A stretch of 64,000 bases of DNA from assembly GCA_964531785.1 (NCBI GenBank), contig CAZHFF010000001.1, forward strand, positions 84,338-148,337, read 5' to 3'. The notes beneath the pieces were generated by a model that worked only from the letters and a program-made list of their open reading frames with translations, was not told the DNA's origin and did not search any database. Below are positions 51,918 to 61,402 of this stretch, one piece after another. The position numbers were made by a program, and so were the translations under genes. This DNA is from an uncultured Candidatus Saccharibacteria bacterium (GTDB lineage Bacteria > Patescibacteriota > Minisyncoccia > Phycocordibacterales > UBA12088). The first letter of the stretch is position 1; the number at the start of each line of letters is the position of its first letter.

Positions 51918-52661
51918 ATGCGATTGTTTGTTCATGCAATGCTCGTCATGCTGGTGCTCATGGGTGGTGTGGTACCCGTACGCGCCGTTGCAGCCCTTAC
52001 GGTAGATGGCGTGCTCGCGCACACCAATGCAGCGCGGTATCGGGACGGCGCGGGGTTCCTCGTGCGGAGTCCGGAGCTCAGCAAGGCAGCAGAAACCAAG
52101 CTCAATGATCTGTTCGCTCGTCAGTACTTTGCTCATGACTCACCCACGGGCGAATCTATCGCGGACCTCGCAAAACAGGCAGGGTATCGCTACATAACCG
52201 TGGGCGAGAACTTGGCGCTTGGCACGTTCGGTTCGAGCAAAGCGGTCGTTGATGCGTGGATGGGAAGCCCCGGACACCGGGCGAACATCCTCAAGCGCTC
52301 GTACCAAGAGATAGGCATTGCGGTTGCAGAGGGTACATATGAGGGGAGACGGGTGTGGATAGCGGTACAGGCGTTCGGACTGCCACAGGCAGCGTGTCCG
52401 CCCCCTTCCGAGACAGAGCGTGAGCTTGTTCGGCACGTCGAGGCGCGCCTGAAGGTGCTACTTACGGTCGCGGAGCTTCGCAAAGCGGTGTTCGAGAGCA
52501 CACGTCAGAGCTCGCCGCTCTACCTCGATCGGTACGACAGTTTTAAGAAGGCCGCACTGCTGTACAACGACGAACTTGAGCAGCAGAAAAAGGTGGTTGC
52601 GAAGTACAACCGCGCGGTAGAATCTTTCAACTCGTGCGTCAAGCGGGCTACGAGCTCGTAG
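51918..52661 (+). CDS. Secreted CAP (SCP/PR-1-like) domain protein.
   Basis: Start at MRLFVHAMLVMLVLMGGVVPVRA, with TGGTATACT 6 nt upstream. CAP motifs GENLALG...GHRANIL....IGIAV. Confidence 0.7.
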   Translation: MRLFVHAMLVMLVLMGGVVPVRAVAALTVDGVLAHTNAARYRDGAGFLVRSPELSKAAETKLNDLFARQYFAHDSPTGESIADLAKQAGYRYITVGENLALGTFGSSKAVVDAWMGSPGHRANILKRSYQEIGIAVAEGTYEGRRVWIAVQAFGLPQAACPPPSETERELVRHVEARLKVLLTVAELRKAVFESTRQSSPLYLDRYDSFKKAALLYNDELEQQKKVVAKYNRAVESFNSCVKRATSS

Positions 52662-53454
52662 CGGTCTCGCTTGGCTCCGGATCTAGCAACGCTTCCGTCT
52701 CATCGAGCATGTCTTCGTCGAAGCCGTCTTCCGTTGATACCTCTTCCTCGGCTCGCTCGGTTTCAAGCGTATCCGCAGGGGGGAGCGGTTCCGTTTCATG
52801 TGTTTCGCCTAGGTACTGGTTCGGGCGGTAGTTCTGTCGCATGCTTCCGTCCTCGCTCATTCCATAGAGGGAGTTCTCCGTGATCGTTCCGCCGCGAAGG
52901 AGTACCCATCCGTTCGCATCATGCTCGACGACCGCACCACTACGTGCCTCAACATGCATGACCGGTCGGTAGAGGTAGGTTCCGTCCTCATCAATGAGCG
53001 TCCTTTCCAGGCGCACCAGGAGCGCCGTGACAGCTCCGGCTCGCGCCTCGAACGACACAGGAACACGCACCAGATCGTGGGGAAGTGAGACCGCGCCGGG
53101 AGCGGGGGGTGTGGCTGCCGGATCGCGCAGCCTGAATGATAGCCCAGTATACGAGCCGGTCGGGATAGGGACTTCGAGGACAAGCGTAAGCCCGGCCTGC
53201 TGTTCGAGCGACACACGGCGCGTGCGCAGGGTAGCGCGCACCGGGCGGCCGACTGCCCGTTCAAGCACCAGGTCGTCGAGGCCGATAGCGGCGACCCATA
53301 ACTCCGCATGATCGAACGCTGGGCCGAGCACGATCACGAGCGTGCCGGTCGGCTTCCAGGGCGGAGCATGTCGCACCAAGGTGCTTGCGAACAGTCCCAA
53401 GCTGATCAAGAGCATAACAATAACGACGAACACTGTTAAGCGCTTCGCGTCCAT
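52648..53454 (-). CDS. Hypothetical signal-anchored protein with an acidic C-terminal tail.
   Basis: Start moved to MDAKRLTVFVVIVMLLISLGLF, with GGTATACT 6 nt upstream on the minus strand. Its 3' end overlaps the convergent CAP-domain gene by 14 nt. Confidence 0.5.
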   Translation of the reverse strand: MDAKRLTVFVVIVMLLISLGLFASTLVRHAPPWKPTGTLVIVLGPAFDHAELWVAAIGLDDLVLERAVGRPVRATLRTRRVSLEQQAGLTLVLEVPIPTGSYTGLSFRLRDPAATPPAPGAVSLPHDLVRVPVSFEARAGAVTALLVRLERTLIDEDGTYLYRPVMHVEARSGAVVEHDANGWVLLRGGTITENSLYGMSEDGSMRQNYRPNQYLGETHETEPLPPADTLETERAEEEVSTEDGFDEDMLDETEALLDPEPSETATSS

Positions 53455-53544
53455 GGCCTCAGTATACCGCAGGGCCAAGAAAAGGGTGATGTCGTGGCGC
53501 TTCCGTCTTGTGTGGTTCGGGGGCTACGGTATACTAGTATCTGT

Positions 53545-53913
53545 ATGGAGGCGGCTTTCTTGAAAATGGACATATTCTTTTTTGTAACGACGGTTGCTGT
53601 TGTGCTGTTCTCGACCGTGTTCCTTATCGCGCTTATTTTTATTGTGCGCATTCTCCAGGACATTCGTGAGATCACCAAGATCGCGCGTCGTGAGACCGCT
53701 GAACTTGCGGAAGATTTCGATGCCGTACGGGCTGACATCAAGGAGGGTGTTGCGGATGCGCGGGAGGCCGTATCGGTCGGCCTGCGCACGGCACAGGCCG
53801 CTTCGGGTGTTGCGGGCGCCGCGGGCATCATGCGCGCGCTCGTGGGCATTTTCGATTCGTTCGGGGAAACAAAGCGCAGGACGCGTCGGCGGCATAAGCG
53901 TAGTGGAGAGTAA
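53545..53913 (+). CDS. Small membrane-anchored helical protein (DUF948/YtxG-like).
   Basis: CGGTATACT lies 9 nt upstream. N-terminal TM DIFFFVTTVAVVLFSTVFLIALIFIV then a helical region with a basic tail. Confidence 0.45.
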   Translation: MEAAFLKMDIFFFVTTVAVVLFSTVFLIALIFIVRILQDIREITKIARRETAELAEDFDAVRADIKEGVADAREAVSVGLRTAQAASGVAGAAGIMRALVGIFDSFGETKRRTRRRHKRSGE

Positions 53914-53941
53914 ATTACCAGGAGTAAGTAACATAAGACGT

Positions 53942-54304
53942 ATGGCGGAGAAGAAGCAGAAGGAGGAAAAGGCAGGTGGACTTGGTTTTGCGGCGGCACT
54001 CGTGGCAGCGGCCGCGGCGGGGATGTACCTCTATGGTAAAAATGGCACAGAAAGACGCCAGAAGATCCAGGCGTGGAGCCTGAAGGCCAAAGCTGATGTG
54101 CTCGAGCAATTCGAAAAGCGGAAAGAGGTCGGAAAGGCTCAGTACGAAGAGGTCATCGATAAGGTGACCGCCAAGTATGCGAGGCTCAAGAACGTCGGTG
54201 ACGAAGAGGCGACCAAGCTCAATAAGGAGCTCAAAAAGCACTGGAAGGCGATCAGCGACGCTGCGCAGGTCGAACCTAAAAAAGGTCGCAAGAGCACAAA
54301 GTAG
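53942..54304 (+). CDS. Small membrane-anchored coiled-coil protein (YtxH-like).
   Basis: AGGAGT Shine-Dalgarno. N-terminal hydrophobic segment GLGFAAALVAAAAAGMYLY then a Lys/Glu-rich helix. A stem plus T-run at about 54331..54356 follows the stop. Confidence 0.45.
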   Translation: MAEKKQKEEKAGGLGFAAALVAAAAAGMYLYGKNGTERRQKIQAWSLKAKADVLEQFEKRKEVGKAQYEEVIDKVTAKYARLKNVGDEEATKLNKELKKHWKAISDAAQVEPKKGRKSTK

Positions 54305-54414
54305 CGTACCCGCCAACAACGTAGAGAGAAGGGCCGCAGAGCGGCTCTTTTCTGTCCCCAGTCTCAGTATCTTGTATCCTACACGGCACGGCGTAAGCGT
54401 GCGACAATATCCGT

Positions 54415-55491
54415 GTGGTCGGAACCAAGCTAGAGGGATACTTCTTCACCGCGATCCTCATAGGTGCGCTCGTTATCGTGGCGTACCTTTTTTTGCCGTA
54501 CCTGGGGGCGCTTGCAGTGGCGCTCGTGACCGCGGTACTCCTGTATCCATTACATTGCCGCATCCAGAGGTTGGTGCGGCATGAGGCGATCTCTGCGTTC
54601 CTGTCGGTACTGCTCGCCTCGGTACTGCTCATTGTCCCGGCAACGCTCCTCGTATACCTCATCGTGCAGGAGGTGCGGGCACTGACGGCCATGTTCGCAA
54701 GCGCCGACATGAACGGTGTCTTCACCCTGCTCGCGCCGTTCGAGTCGGTCCTACAAGACGCTTTTCCTGCACTGTTCGATCTCAATATTCGTACGGTCAT
54801 GGTCGAAGCGCTTGGCATTGTCTCGCGCAATCTCGGGGGCGCGTTCGCTTCGACTGCTCATCTCTTGCTGGGACTGTTCGTGTCCCTGATCGCGCTGTAC
54901 TATTTCCTCAAGGATGGCAGGCGGTTCGTGCGGCTCATCATTATGTACTCGCCGCTTGCTGACCGCGACGATCACGCCGTACTCCAAAAATTGGACATGG
55001 TCATGCACTCGCTTATCCGCGGAGGTCTGGTGATCGCGGTGCTCCAGGGGCTCTTGACGGGCATTGGTTTCTACCTCTTCGGATTGCCGAGTCCGATCCT
55101 CTGGGGTTCGGTCGCCGGTATTGCTGCTATTCTGCCGACCATCGGCACTGCGTTCGTAACATTGCCTGCATTCCTCTGGCTCTTGGTGAGCGCTTCGCTT
55201 CCGGAAGCCTTCCTCTTCGCCGCGTACGGGCTCATGATCATCGGGCTGGTCGACAACATCCTCGGCCCTCGTATCATCGGTCGGGGGAAGGGAGTCGAGA
55301 TCCATCCATTGCCGGTCCTCCTCTCCGTCCTCGGCGGCCTCGGCGTCTTCGGCGCCCCGGGCTTTTTGATCGGACCTATGGTACTCGCGTTCCTCATTGC
55401 GCTCATGCATATCTATGCGCAAAAGATACCGCTCATCGAGGAGGTGACCGTACTTGCACCTGAGGATGTGGACCCGCATGAGGTGCGGTAG
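54415..55491 (+). CDS. AI-2E family transporter (PerM/YhhT-like).
   Basis: GTG start. 8 TM helices with the LKDGRRFVRLIIMYSP...LIRGGLVIAVLQGLLTGIGFYLFGLPSPILWGSVAGI pattern of PF01594. Confidence 0.8.
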   Translation: MVGTKLEGYFFTAILIGALVIVAYLFLPYLGALAVALVTAVLLYPLHCRIQRLVRHEAISAFLSVLLASVLLIVPATLLVYLIVQEVRALTAMFASADMNGVFTLLAPFESVLQDAFPALFDLNIRTVMVEALGIVSRNLGGAFASTAHLLLGLFVSLIALYYFLKDGRRFVRLIIMYSPLADRDDHAVLQKLDMVMHSLIRGGLVIAVLQGLLTGIGFYLFGLPSPILWGSVAGIAAILPTIGTAFVTLPAFLWLLVSASLPEAFLFAAYGLMIIGLVDNILGPRIIGRGKGVEIHPLPVLLSVLGGLGVFGAPGFLIGPMVLAFLIALMHIYAQKIPLIEEVTVLAPEDVDPHEVR

Positions 55492-55560
55492 GTGCTTTTG
55501 TGAAACGCTCCTCGCGCGTATCTTCATGATGACGCCATGCGGTGCGGGTAGACTGTTTGC

Positions 55561-55929
55561 ATGAGGCTGCATCCTTTCGTCAGGCTCTGGCTCTTAAGGC
55601 GCGAGGTGTTCGCGCTCCTTGTGGCAGCGGGTGACCCGAGGACTCCGCCGCTCGCACGGCTCATGACCGTCGCATCGGTCCTGTACCTGTTACTGCCGTT
55701 CGACCTCGTACCTGAGTTCATACCAATTCTCGGCTTGTTAGACGATCTCGTGCTCGTGCCGCTTGGGCTCAGTATCGCTCATACCCGGGTGCCGGCCAGT
55801 ATCCTCGCACACGCACGCGTGCGTGCGAAACGCTTTGACCGGATCTTCACGGGAGCGCTCATCCTGGCTTTTATCTTCATCCTCGGATCTGTTGCGGTCG
55901 GATTGTCACTGCTCTGGCGTTTCCTGTAG
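55561..55929 (+). CDS. DUF1232/YkvA family membrane protein.
   Basis: Signature LLPFDLVPEFIPILGLLDDLVLVPLGL, 122 aa. Confidence 0.75.
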   Translation: MRLHPFVRLWLLRREVFALLVAAGDPRTPPLARLMTVASVLYLLLPFDLVPEFIPILGLLDDLVLVPLGLSIAHTRVPASILAHARVRAKRFDRIFTGALILAFIFILGSVAVGLSLLWRFL

Positions 55930-55980
55930 GGGATATGGGTAACAATAAGAGACCCGCGTCCTTCGTGGACGCGGGATCGT

Positions 55981-57423
55981 TTACGCTTCTGTTTGCGCAA
56001 GCACTGCCCGAACGACATCGGCCGCCTGCATCGGCCGGCCGGGTGTGCCAGTGCCGGTCACCTGCCACACGTACCGTGTGTCACGTGCGAGGAACGTGCC
56101 CCCGGTCTGGATCGGAGGTATGTGCTTCGCTTCCTCCTCGTCGAGTACGTCACTGGTCGCAGCAAGGCCATTGCATAGGCACGCTTTGTCCGTGTCATCC
56201 TTGGTGCCACCCCGCTGCTTATAGAGCGGGTCTCCAGTGCACTCGTAGCGGACCACGTAACTACCTTCCTCCAGAACGAGCACGGGGGTCCTGAGGTAGC
56301 ACTTCGTGCACCCGGGTTTCTTGAGCGCATTCGGATCGGACATCGTGTTCTCATGCTGCACGACCTGGAATCGATAATTGGTCGGGGACATGTTCGTTGA
56401 CTCGACCACGAGCGTATCGTTCCTTATCTTCTCGAGCGTAGCGTCGCGAAGCCGTGCAAGTGTCCCTGACTCAGGGGTAAGCGAGAACGGGCCGCCCACC
56501 TGTATGCCGACAGCGCCGAGCTCACGCGCTTCCTGAAAGCGGGGTAACCATCCGCCCGCCAACCAGTAGGGGAGCGAGGTGAGCCTACGAAGCTTATCAA
56601 AGTCCATCTCATCCTTTGGACCGTACTCCGTCTTGTTCCTCGGGTTCGCATTATGGCCGCCCGCGTCTTTGTTCTCGACGATGAAACCGTCAATGCCCTC
56701 AAATCCGGACGTCATGCGTCGAAGCCCTTCGACCGCGCTCTGCATGGTCACGATCGGGAGGAACAGCGGAATACGGAACAGTGCCGGGTCGCGTGTGCTC
56801 GCTTTCGCCACCTCTCCCATCTTGCTCGTCAGCACCTCGAGATCGAGTACCATATACTGACCGACCTTTGAGTTTTCCACGTCATGGAGGAACGTTGTGC
56901 GACGCTCGGTAACAAGTTCCTGCATCATGTGCGGGAAGTCGCCAGGTAGACCGGCACCCACGATGAGGTATGAGATCGCCGTAGGTTTACGCAGAGCAAC
57001 GGCCATCATGAGCCCAACGAGCGTGTCGAGGTGGGGGTACCCGACCTTGTAGAGCACGTTGGCACCCACCGGGTGATCGTGCCCTTCGCTTGCGAGGTAG
57101 AACTCGGCGAATGACCCGAACAGGGTCATCCAGCGCAGGAGTACCGGCGGATCGAGGTTGTATGCCGGCAAGACCTTGCGATTTTCCACGAACGCGTGGC
57201 GTATGAGCTGCGCCACTTCGGGAAAGAAACTCCCAAAGAGGTCGAGCGCACGGAGCTGGTCGATATCGTTCTTAACGAGGCGCGAACGCGCGACGTGTGC
57301 GATCATGGTGAGCGATACGGTGCCTCCCGCGCGGCCGTTCCCGGTCTTGGCGACGGTGCGCGCAAGCGTGTATTGGGATATTTTGACACCCATCCCTCCT
57401 TGGATGAGCTTCATGTTTTGCAT
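55981..57423 (-). CDS. Nitronate monooxygenase (NMO, 2-nitropropane dioxygenase-like) family FMN oxidoreductase, long form.
   Basis: N-terminal IQGGMGV, internal IVENKDAGGH, 480 aa. AAGGAGG Shine-Dalgarno 5 nt before the ATG. Confidence 0.65.
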   Translation of the reverse strand: MQNMKLIQGGMGVKISQYTLARTVAKTGNGRAGGTVSLTMIAHVARSRLVKNDIDQLRALDLFGSFFPEVAQLIRHAFVENRKVLPAYNLDPPVLLRWMTLFGSFAEFYLASEGHDHPVGANVLYKVGYPHLDTLVGLMMAVALRKPTAISYLIVGAGLPGDFPHMMQELVTERRTTFLHDVENSKVGQYMVLDLEVLTSKMGEVAKASTRDPALFRIPLFLPIVTMQSAVEGLRRMTSGFEGIDGFIVENKDAGGHNANPRNKTEYGPKDEMDFDKLRRLTSLPYWLAGGWLPRFQEARELGAVGIQVGGPFSLTPESGTLARLRDATLEKIRNDTLVVESTNMSPTNYRFQVVQHENTMSDPNALKKPGCTKCYLRTPVLVLEEGSYVVRYECTGDPLYKQRGGTKDDTDKACLCNGLAATSDVLDEEEAKHIPPIQTGGTFLARDTRYVWQVTGTGTPGRPMQAADVVRAVLAQTEA

Positions 57424-57539
57424 CTTAGCCTCCTTGCTATGTTCTGCGCGCAGTATACGTGAGTGTATGCCTGCTGGCCAATACCGCCCAGTAGCTCTGC
57501 AGCAGGTGTTTCCTCTGGTGATCGGTGCGCGCTACTGCT

Positions 57540-58268
57540 TCAGGCAGAGATACCCAGTGTCTCAAGCAGCGTGGTGTGCTCGCTCGGGGTAAGGGCACGG
57601 TAGCGGCCTGGTTGCAGGTCGTCGAGGTTGATGTGCCCGATGCGTACCCGCAGAAGACCTGTGACCGAGTATCCAAGAGTCGCGCACATGCGTCGGATCT
57701 GTCGGTGCTTTCCCTCAGTGAGCATGATCGAAAAGGTGTGCCGGTCGTGCACGACGACCTGACACGGCTTGGTCCGGTAATCCGAAAGCTTGACTCCGCT
57801 TTCCATACGCTGTTCGAAGTCCCGCCTGATCGGCTCTTGCACCGTGACCCGGTACTCTTTTTCATGGCGTGTCTGGGGAGAAAGGAGCGGCCCGACGATA
57901 CGGGTGTCGTTCGTGATCAGGATAAGGCCGCTCGAGTCCTTGTCGAGGCGACCGACAGGCTGTAGGTTCTCGTGCGGATCGAGTCTTGCTGCGGTTGCAA
58001 TATCAGTTTCTCCCTCTGCAGGGGCGTTCGTAACGATACCAACGGGTTTGTGGTACGCGAGATAGGTATAAGACGAAAGCGGGGCCTGGCCGAGGACAGT
58101 GACCGTGTCACCCTCCGTAACCTGGTCGCCGATCTTCGCGATACGGCCATTGATCCGTACCTGCCTGCTTTCTATGAGCAGGTCGGCACCGCGCCTCGAC
58201 GCATAGCCCTTCTGGGCAAGGTATCGGTTTATGCGGATCGGGTATTGGGTGTTGGTCATGGTTCTCAA
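57540..58268 (-). CDS. rsuA: Pseudouridine synthase, RsuA/RluB/RluF family (S4 domain plus catalytic domain).
   Basis: S4 domain (IRINRYLAQKGYASRRGADLLIESRQVRINGR) and catalytic motif VGRLDKDSSGLILITND. Confidence 0.85.
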   Translation of the reverse strand: MRTMTNTQYPIRINRYLAQKGYASRRGADLLIESRQVRINGRIAKIGDQVTEGDTVTVLGQAPLSSYTYLAYHKPVGIVTNAPAEGETDIATAARLDPHENLQPVGRLDKDSSGLILITNDTRIVGPLLSPQTRHEKEYRVTVQEPIRRDFEQRMESGVKLSDYRTKPCQVVVHDRHTFSIMLTEGKHRQIRRMCATLGYSVTGLLRVRIGHINLDDLQPGRYRALTPSEHTTLLETLGISA

Positions 58269-58344
58269 CTCTCTATTGAGCCGTGCTGTAACAGGTTAGG
58301 CTGGCGCGACGACAGCATGTCGTTATCGCACCAGCCCATTACTA

Positions 58345-58644
58345 CTACCGCTTTTTCCTTCGCTTACGTTTTTGCGTCACAAAAACTATGCTCTGCAAGA
58401 GGTGGGGCACGGAATGGTTAGTGATGCCCATTGCAAGGAGCAGCAGCGCAGCTTGTGCTTCACGTTTATCCTGCTTGGCGAGCTCGAGCTTGTTGGACAA
58501 GAGGACATTCCGCGCCCGTGTCTGCCCAAGTAGAGCCAGGAGCTCGGAGATCTTGTCATGCAGCACCTCACGATCCTCCAGCACCAGTCGAATATCATGT
58601 TCCAGCTCCTCGACCGTTGGCGAGGTTCTTTTCCGCTTTGCCAT
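58345..58644 (-). CDS. Hypothetical small helical protein with a basic tail.
   Basis: 99-aa ORF with no recognisable motifs, directly flanking the islet's distal direct repeat. Confidence 0.3.
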   Translation of the reverse strand: MAKRKRTSPTVEELEHDIRLVLEDREVLHDKISELLALLGQTRARNVLLSNKLELAKQDKREAQAALLLLAMGITNHSVPHLLQSIVFVTQKRKRRKKR

Positions 58645-58972
58645 TGCGTCCTCCCGCGCGACTCAACTGTTCACCATAAAACCATCTACCAACTTCACTG
58701 TCAATAGTAGGCACAGAACATGCCTTCGCGTTTCGATACCCGCACGCGAGCAAAGAAGTTTGCTCGCTCCTCTTCACCTCAACGAAAAACGGCACGCTGA
58801 TCGCGTGCACGTTTTCGTAATCGGTGGAGATTGCTGAAGGAAGTTAGAGCCTGTTTGATTGAATGCAGGGTTACACATTTCCTACGTCTGGTGGATGAAT
58901 GGGTACCCCCAATACCGTTTTAAACTATGAAAAGGGAATGGGGATAGCTGGCGATTAGAACCTTGGCATGCA

Positions 58973-60277
58973 TTATTTCTTCCGATATACAATCGCAGAT
59001 GGTACACGCCTGCCGTTTGATGGTGACCATAGGAAAGGATGCTCCTCTTTCTTTGGCCAACGTACGTAGTGTTGATTGCCAAATGTTTTGACTTTGCCAT
59101 TTAGCTCTTTAACAGCAAGTCGTGAAGATTGGCCTGGATCAAGATGATATGCCCATTGCACGGCTTCTTTTGGAAGCAACAATGCGGTCTCTTGCGGCGT
59201 AATACCTTGAAAATGTTCTGTCTGGGGTGCGCCATCAAATACTCGCGTATGAATGTTTCCGTCAGTATCCTTATAAATTACCGATCGTGCCATCCTACGT
59301 TCTCCAAATGGCGGATGTTCACCAAGAGAAAGATCATGATTGATCTCGTGATCTTTCTTATCTATAAAATGATGTACATTTGGACCGATACTGACTGCAG
59401 ATTCAATGTCTGTAAGACTCAGTGTGTCGAGGGTAAGGGGTTGTACTGGATCCCCAACTTTGAAATGACTAGCATCAACACCTTTCAACTGGAAAATAAA
59501 ATTTCCCGCAAAGAGATTGGTATGACCCCCCGCGATAACTTGTTTGATACGCAATACGCCATCATTATCTGCCAGTACAACTACATCAAACGAGTCGTTG
59601 TCTTGTGGTGTAAAATTTACTGCCTCATCCAGAACCCGTTTTGTGCCAGTGTTTTGAGCTTGTACATGCCGCACCACACAGCACGCGGAATTATACAAAA
59701 CCATATGGTTTTCATTCGTTTCATTGCGATGTTGAGACCGTGCGCCTACCCACTCGTATTCATCTGAACCAAAGCCGATGGTTCCTTTCGCTCGTACTTC
59801 TTTTACATCAAACCCACTCTCTGTTGAGAACACTGCCGGGCGATCCGCTGCTGGCAATCCCACAACATAACGTCCCCGTATGCAAAGATTGTACGTCGGG
59901 TCAGTAGGCACATATGCACCCTCGTCAACGAGATGGAAAAATCCGGCGTTCATGGCACCGATTGCATGTTCGTCGTTTATGAGCAATCGTTTGAGCGAGA
60001 CAGCATGGCTTGCAGTAAATACCTCCGGTGTTGTGGAAGGATTTTCATCCGGTAATGACAAATCGTAAATGTTTGTGAACGCCTGGTCGCCTAACTCAAC
60101 CGTATTCTGCGAAAATACAGCACCTCCCATAGCCTCTCTCGTTTCTGCGTTTGCCCGCACTTCAAAAGGGGACTGGTCGGTACGCAGCGATTCAACACTA
60201 GGAATTTCAAGTCCAGTTTCTTCCCCATATGTCTCTATCTGTTTCTGGTTAAATGATTCAAAAAATTGCTTCGCCAT
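58973..60277 (-). CDS. Phosphodiester glycosidase family (NAGPA/DUF2233-like) protein, no signal peptide. Islet cargo.
   Basis: AIGAMNAGFFHL and C-terminal SVIYKDTDGNIHTRVFDG....AYHLDPGQSSRLAV match the NAGPA-domain pattern (aiNGGFF ... vvvDGR ... NLDGGGS). Low-GC codon usage. Confidence 0.45.
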   Translation of the reverse strand: MAKQFFESFNQKQIETYGEETGLEIPSVESLRTDQSPFEVRANAETREAMGGAVFSQNTVELGDQAFTNIYDLSLPDENPSTTPEVFTASHAVSLKRLLINDEHAIGAMNAGFFHLVDEGAYVPTDPTYNLCIRGRYVVGLPAADRPAVFSTESGFDVKEVRAKGTIGFGSDEYEWVGARSQHRNETNENHMVLYNSACCVVRHVQAQNTGTKRVLDEAVNFTPQDNDSFDVVVLADNDGVLRIKQVIAGGHTNLFAGNFIFQLKGVDASHFKVGDPVQPLTLDTLSLTDIESAVSIGPNVHHFIDKKDHEINHDLSLGEHPPFGERRMARSVIYKDTDGNIHTRVFDGAPQTEHFQGITPQETALLLPKEAVQWAYHLDPGQSSRLAVKELNGKVKTFGNQHYVRWPKKEEHPFLWSPSNGRRVPSAIVYRKK

Positions 60278-60286
60278 GATTTTGTA

Positions 60287-60922
60287 CTACGTAAGTCGCT
60301 TGCGAATATCTTCTCGCTGTAAGAAAAATTGTACAGGATAAGTTATTTCTTTGGGGATGTGGTCAACTGTAAACCAATCATATCTTGCTCCTTCCTCATC
60401 AAGCTTTACATCTTTTATGGTTGTGTGTGCAAGATACAAATACCAGTAATGAATGTCAGCTCCGCCGACGCATTCGTCTCCGGCAATCTCGCTTTCAAAT
60501 ACGAGTTCAGCATCAGGCACAATGATACCTACTTCTTCTTCGGTCTCGCGCAGAGCAGCTACCTTCGGATCTTCGCCGTTTGAAATATGTCCCGCGGGAA
60601 TGGTGTAGAGAAATGGATACTTCGTACGCAAAAAAAGCAGGAGTTCCTTTTTTTCATTTACCAGCAAAGTCCCTGCGCTGTAGTGTACCAATTCGTTCGC
60701 TTTGTTGAATGTCTGCATCATGCCTGGATCGTAGATTAACACCCGCGCATTGAGCTTTCCGCATACGCGACAGTGATACATGTTTCGCCCACTTTCTTTT
60801 GCTTTTTCCACATCAGTTGAACCACATACAAAACAATACTGTGTTTTTTGAGCAGGAAGTATTGGAGGAAATTGTGAGCGGTGAGTCATATGCTCACTAT
60901 ACAGCGTCTTAAACAATATCAT
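60287..60922 (-). CDS. NUDIX hydrolase with an N-terminal CxxC...CxxC zinc ribbon. Islet cargo.
   Basis: Nudix box GHISNGEDPKVAALRETEEEVGI. N-terminal CFVCGS...CRVCGK. Low-GC. Confidence 0.8.
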   Translation of the reverse strand: MILFKTLYSEHMTHRSQFPPILPAQKTQYCFVCGSTDVEKAKESGRNMYHCRVCGKLNARVLIYDPGMMQTFNKANELVHYSAGTLLVNEKKELLLFLRTKYPFLYTIPAGHISNGEDPKVAALRETEEEVGIIVPDAELVFESEIAGDECVGGADIHYWYLYLAHTTIKDVKLDEEGARYDWFTVDHIPKEITYPVQFFLQREDIRKRLT

Positions 60923-60958
60923 AGGGGTTCCAATTTCCTCACATCTCTCCCAAAATAC

Positions 60959-60988
60959 GCAAAAACGAGCCTTATGAAAAAAGGCTCG
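60959..60988 (-). terminator. Rho-independent terminator on the minus strand between the TIR element and the NUDIX gene.
   Basis: Stem CGAGCCTT/AAGGCTCG with a 7-nt loop, followed on the minus strand by UUUUUG. Confidence 0.55.
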
Positions 60989-60993
60989 TACAT

Positions 60994-61357
60994 GTGGACT
61001 TTTAGTAGCCTTTGCCCGAACCTATTTCGAGTCAAAGACCGACTAGAATCGCGCTTGCCCGTCCGTAGCCTTGGCGAAGGCGGGCGCCTCCACGGCTCCG
61101 CTGCGCTCCGCCGTCCCGCAAAACGTCCCCGTCCTTCTCCACTACGACGTAAACGACGGCGACGGGTGGGGCAGCAAAAACGAGCGAAGAACGGGGACGT
61201 TTCGCGAAAGAGCGGAGGACGAACGGAGGCGGTGCCAAGTGTGCCCGTAGGGCGCACTTGGCAACGGCGGAGTGAGGACGGAGCGACGGAGGCTCGAGAT
61301 CATGCGGCGGTCTTTGACCCGAAGTAGGTTCGGGCAAAGGCTGCTAAAAGTCCACCG
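60994..61357. repeat. MITE-like element of about 364 bp with ~48-bp imperfect terminal inverted repeats and a GC-rich, highly self-complementary interior.
   Basis: Left TIR GTGGACTTTTAGTAGCCTTTGCCCGAACCTATTTCGAGTCAAAGACCG at 60994..61041. Its reverse complement, with 3 mismatches, is at 61308..61357. The only interior ORF is an Arg-rich low-complexity frame. Confidence 0.5.
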
Positions 61358-61402
61358 ATTACGAAAACGTGCACGCGATCAGCGTGCACGTTTTCGTAAT
61401 CG
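61354..61402 (-). terminator. Perfect 24-bp inverted repeat that includes the tmRNA 3' terminus; hairpin, terminator or att core.
   Basis: CCACCGATTACGAAAACGTGCACG-cgatcag-CGTGCACGTTTTCGTAATCGGTGG. The right arm overlaps the 29-bp direct repeat. Confidence 0.5.

Noticed and set aside
60881-61327. 148-aa Arg-rich plus-strand ORF
   Set aside because: It lies inside the GC-rich TIR-bounded element, is a low-complexity poly-Arg/Pro frame, and has no start context.
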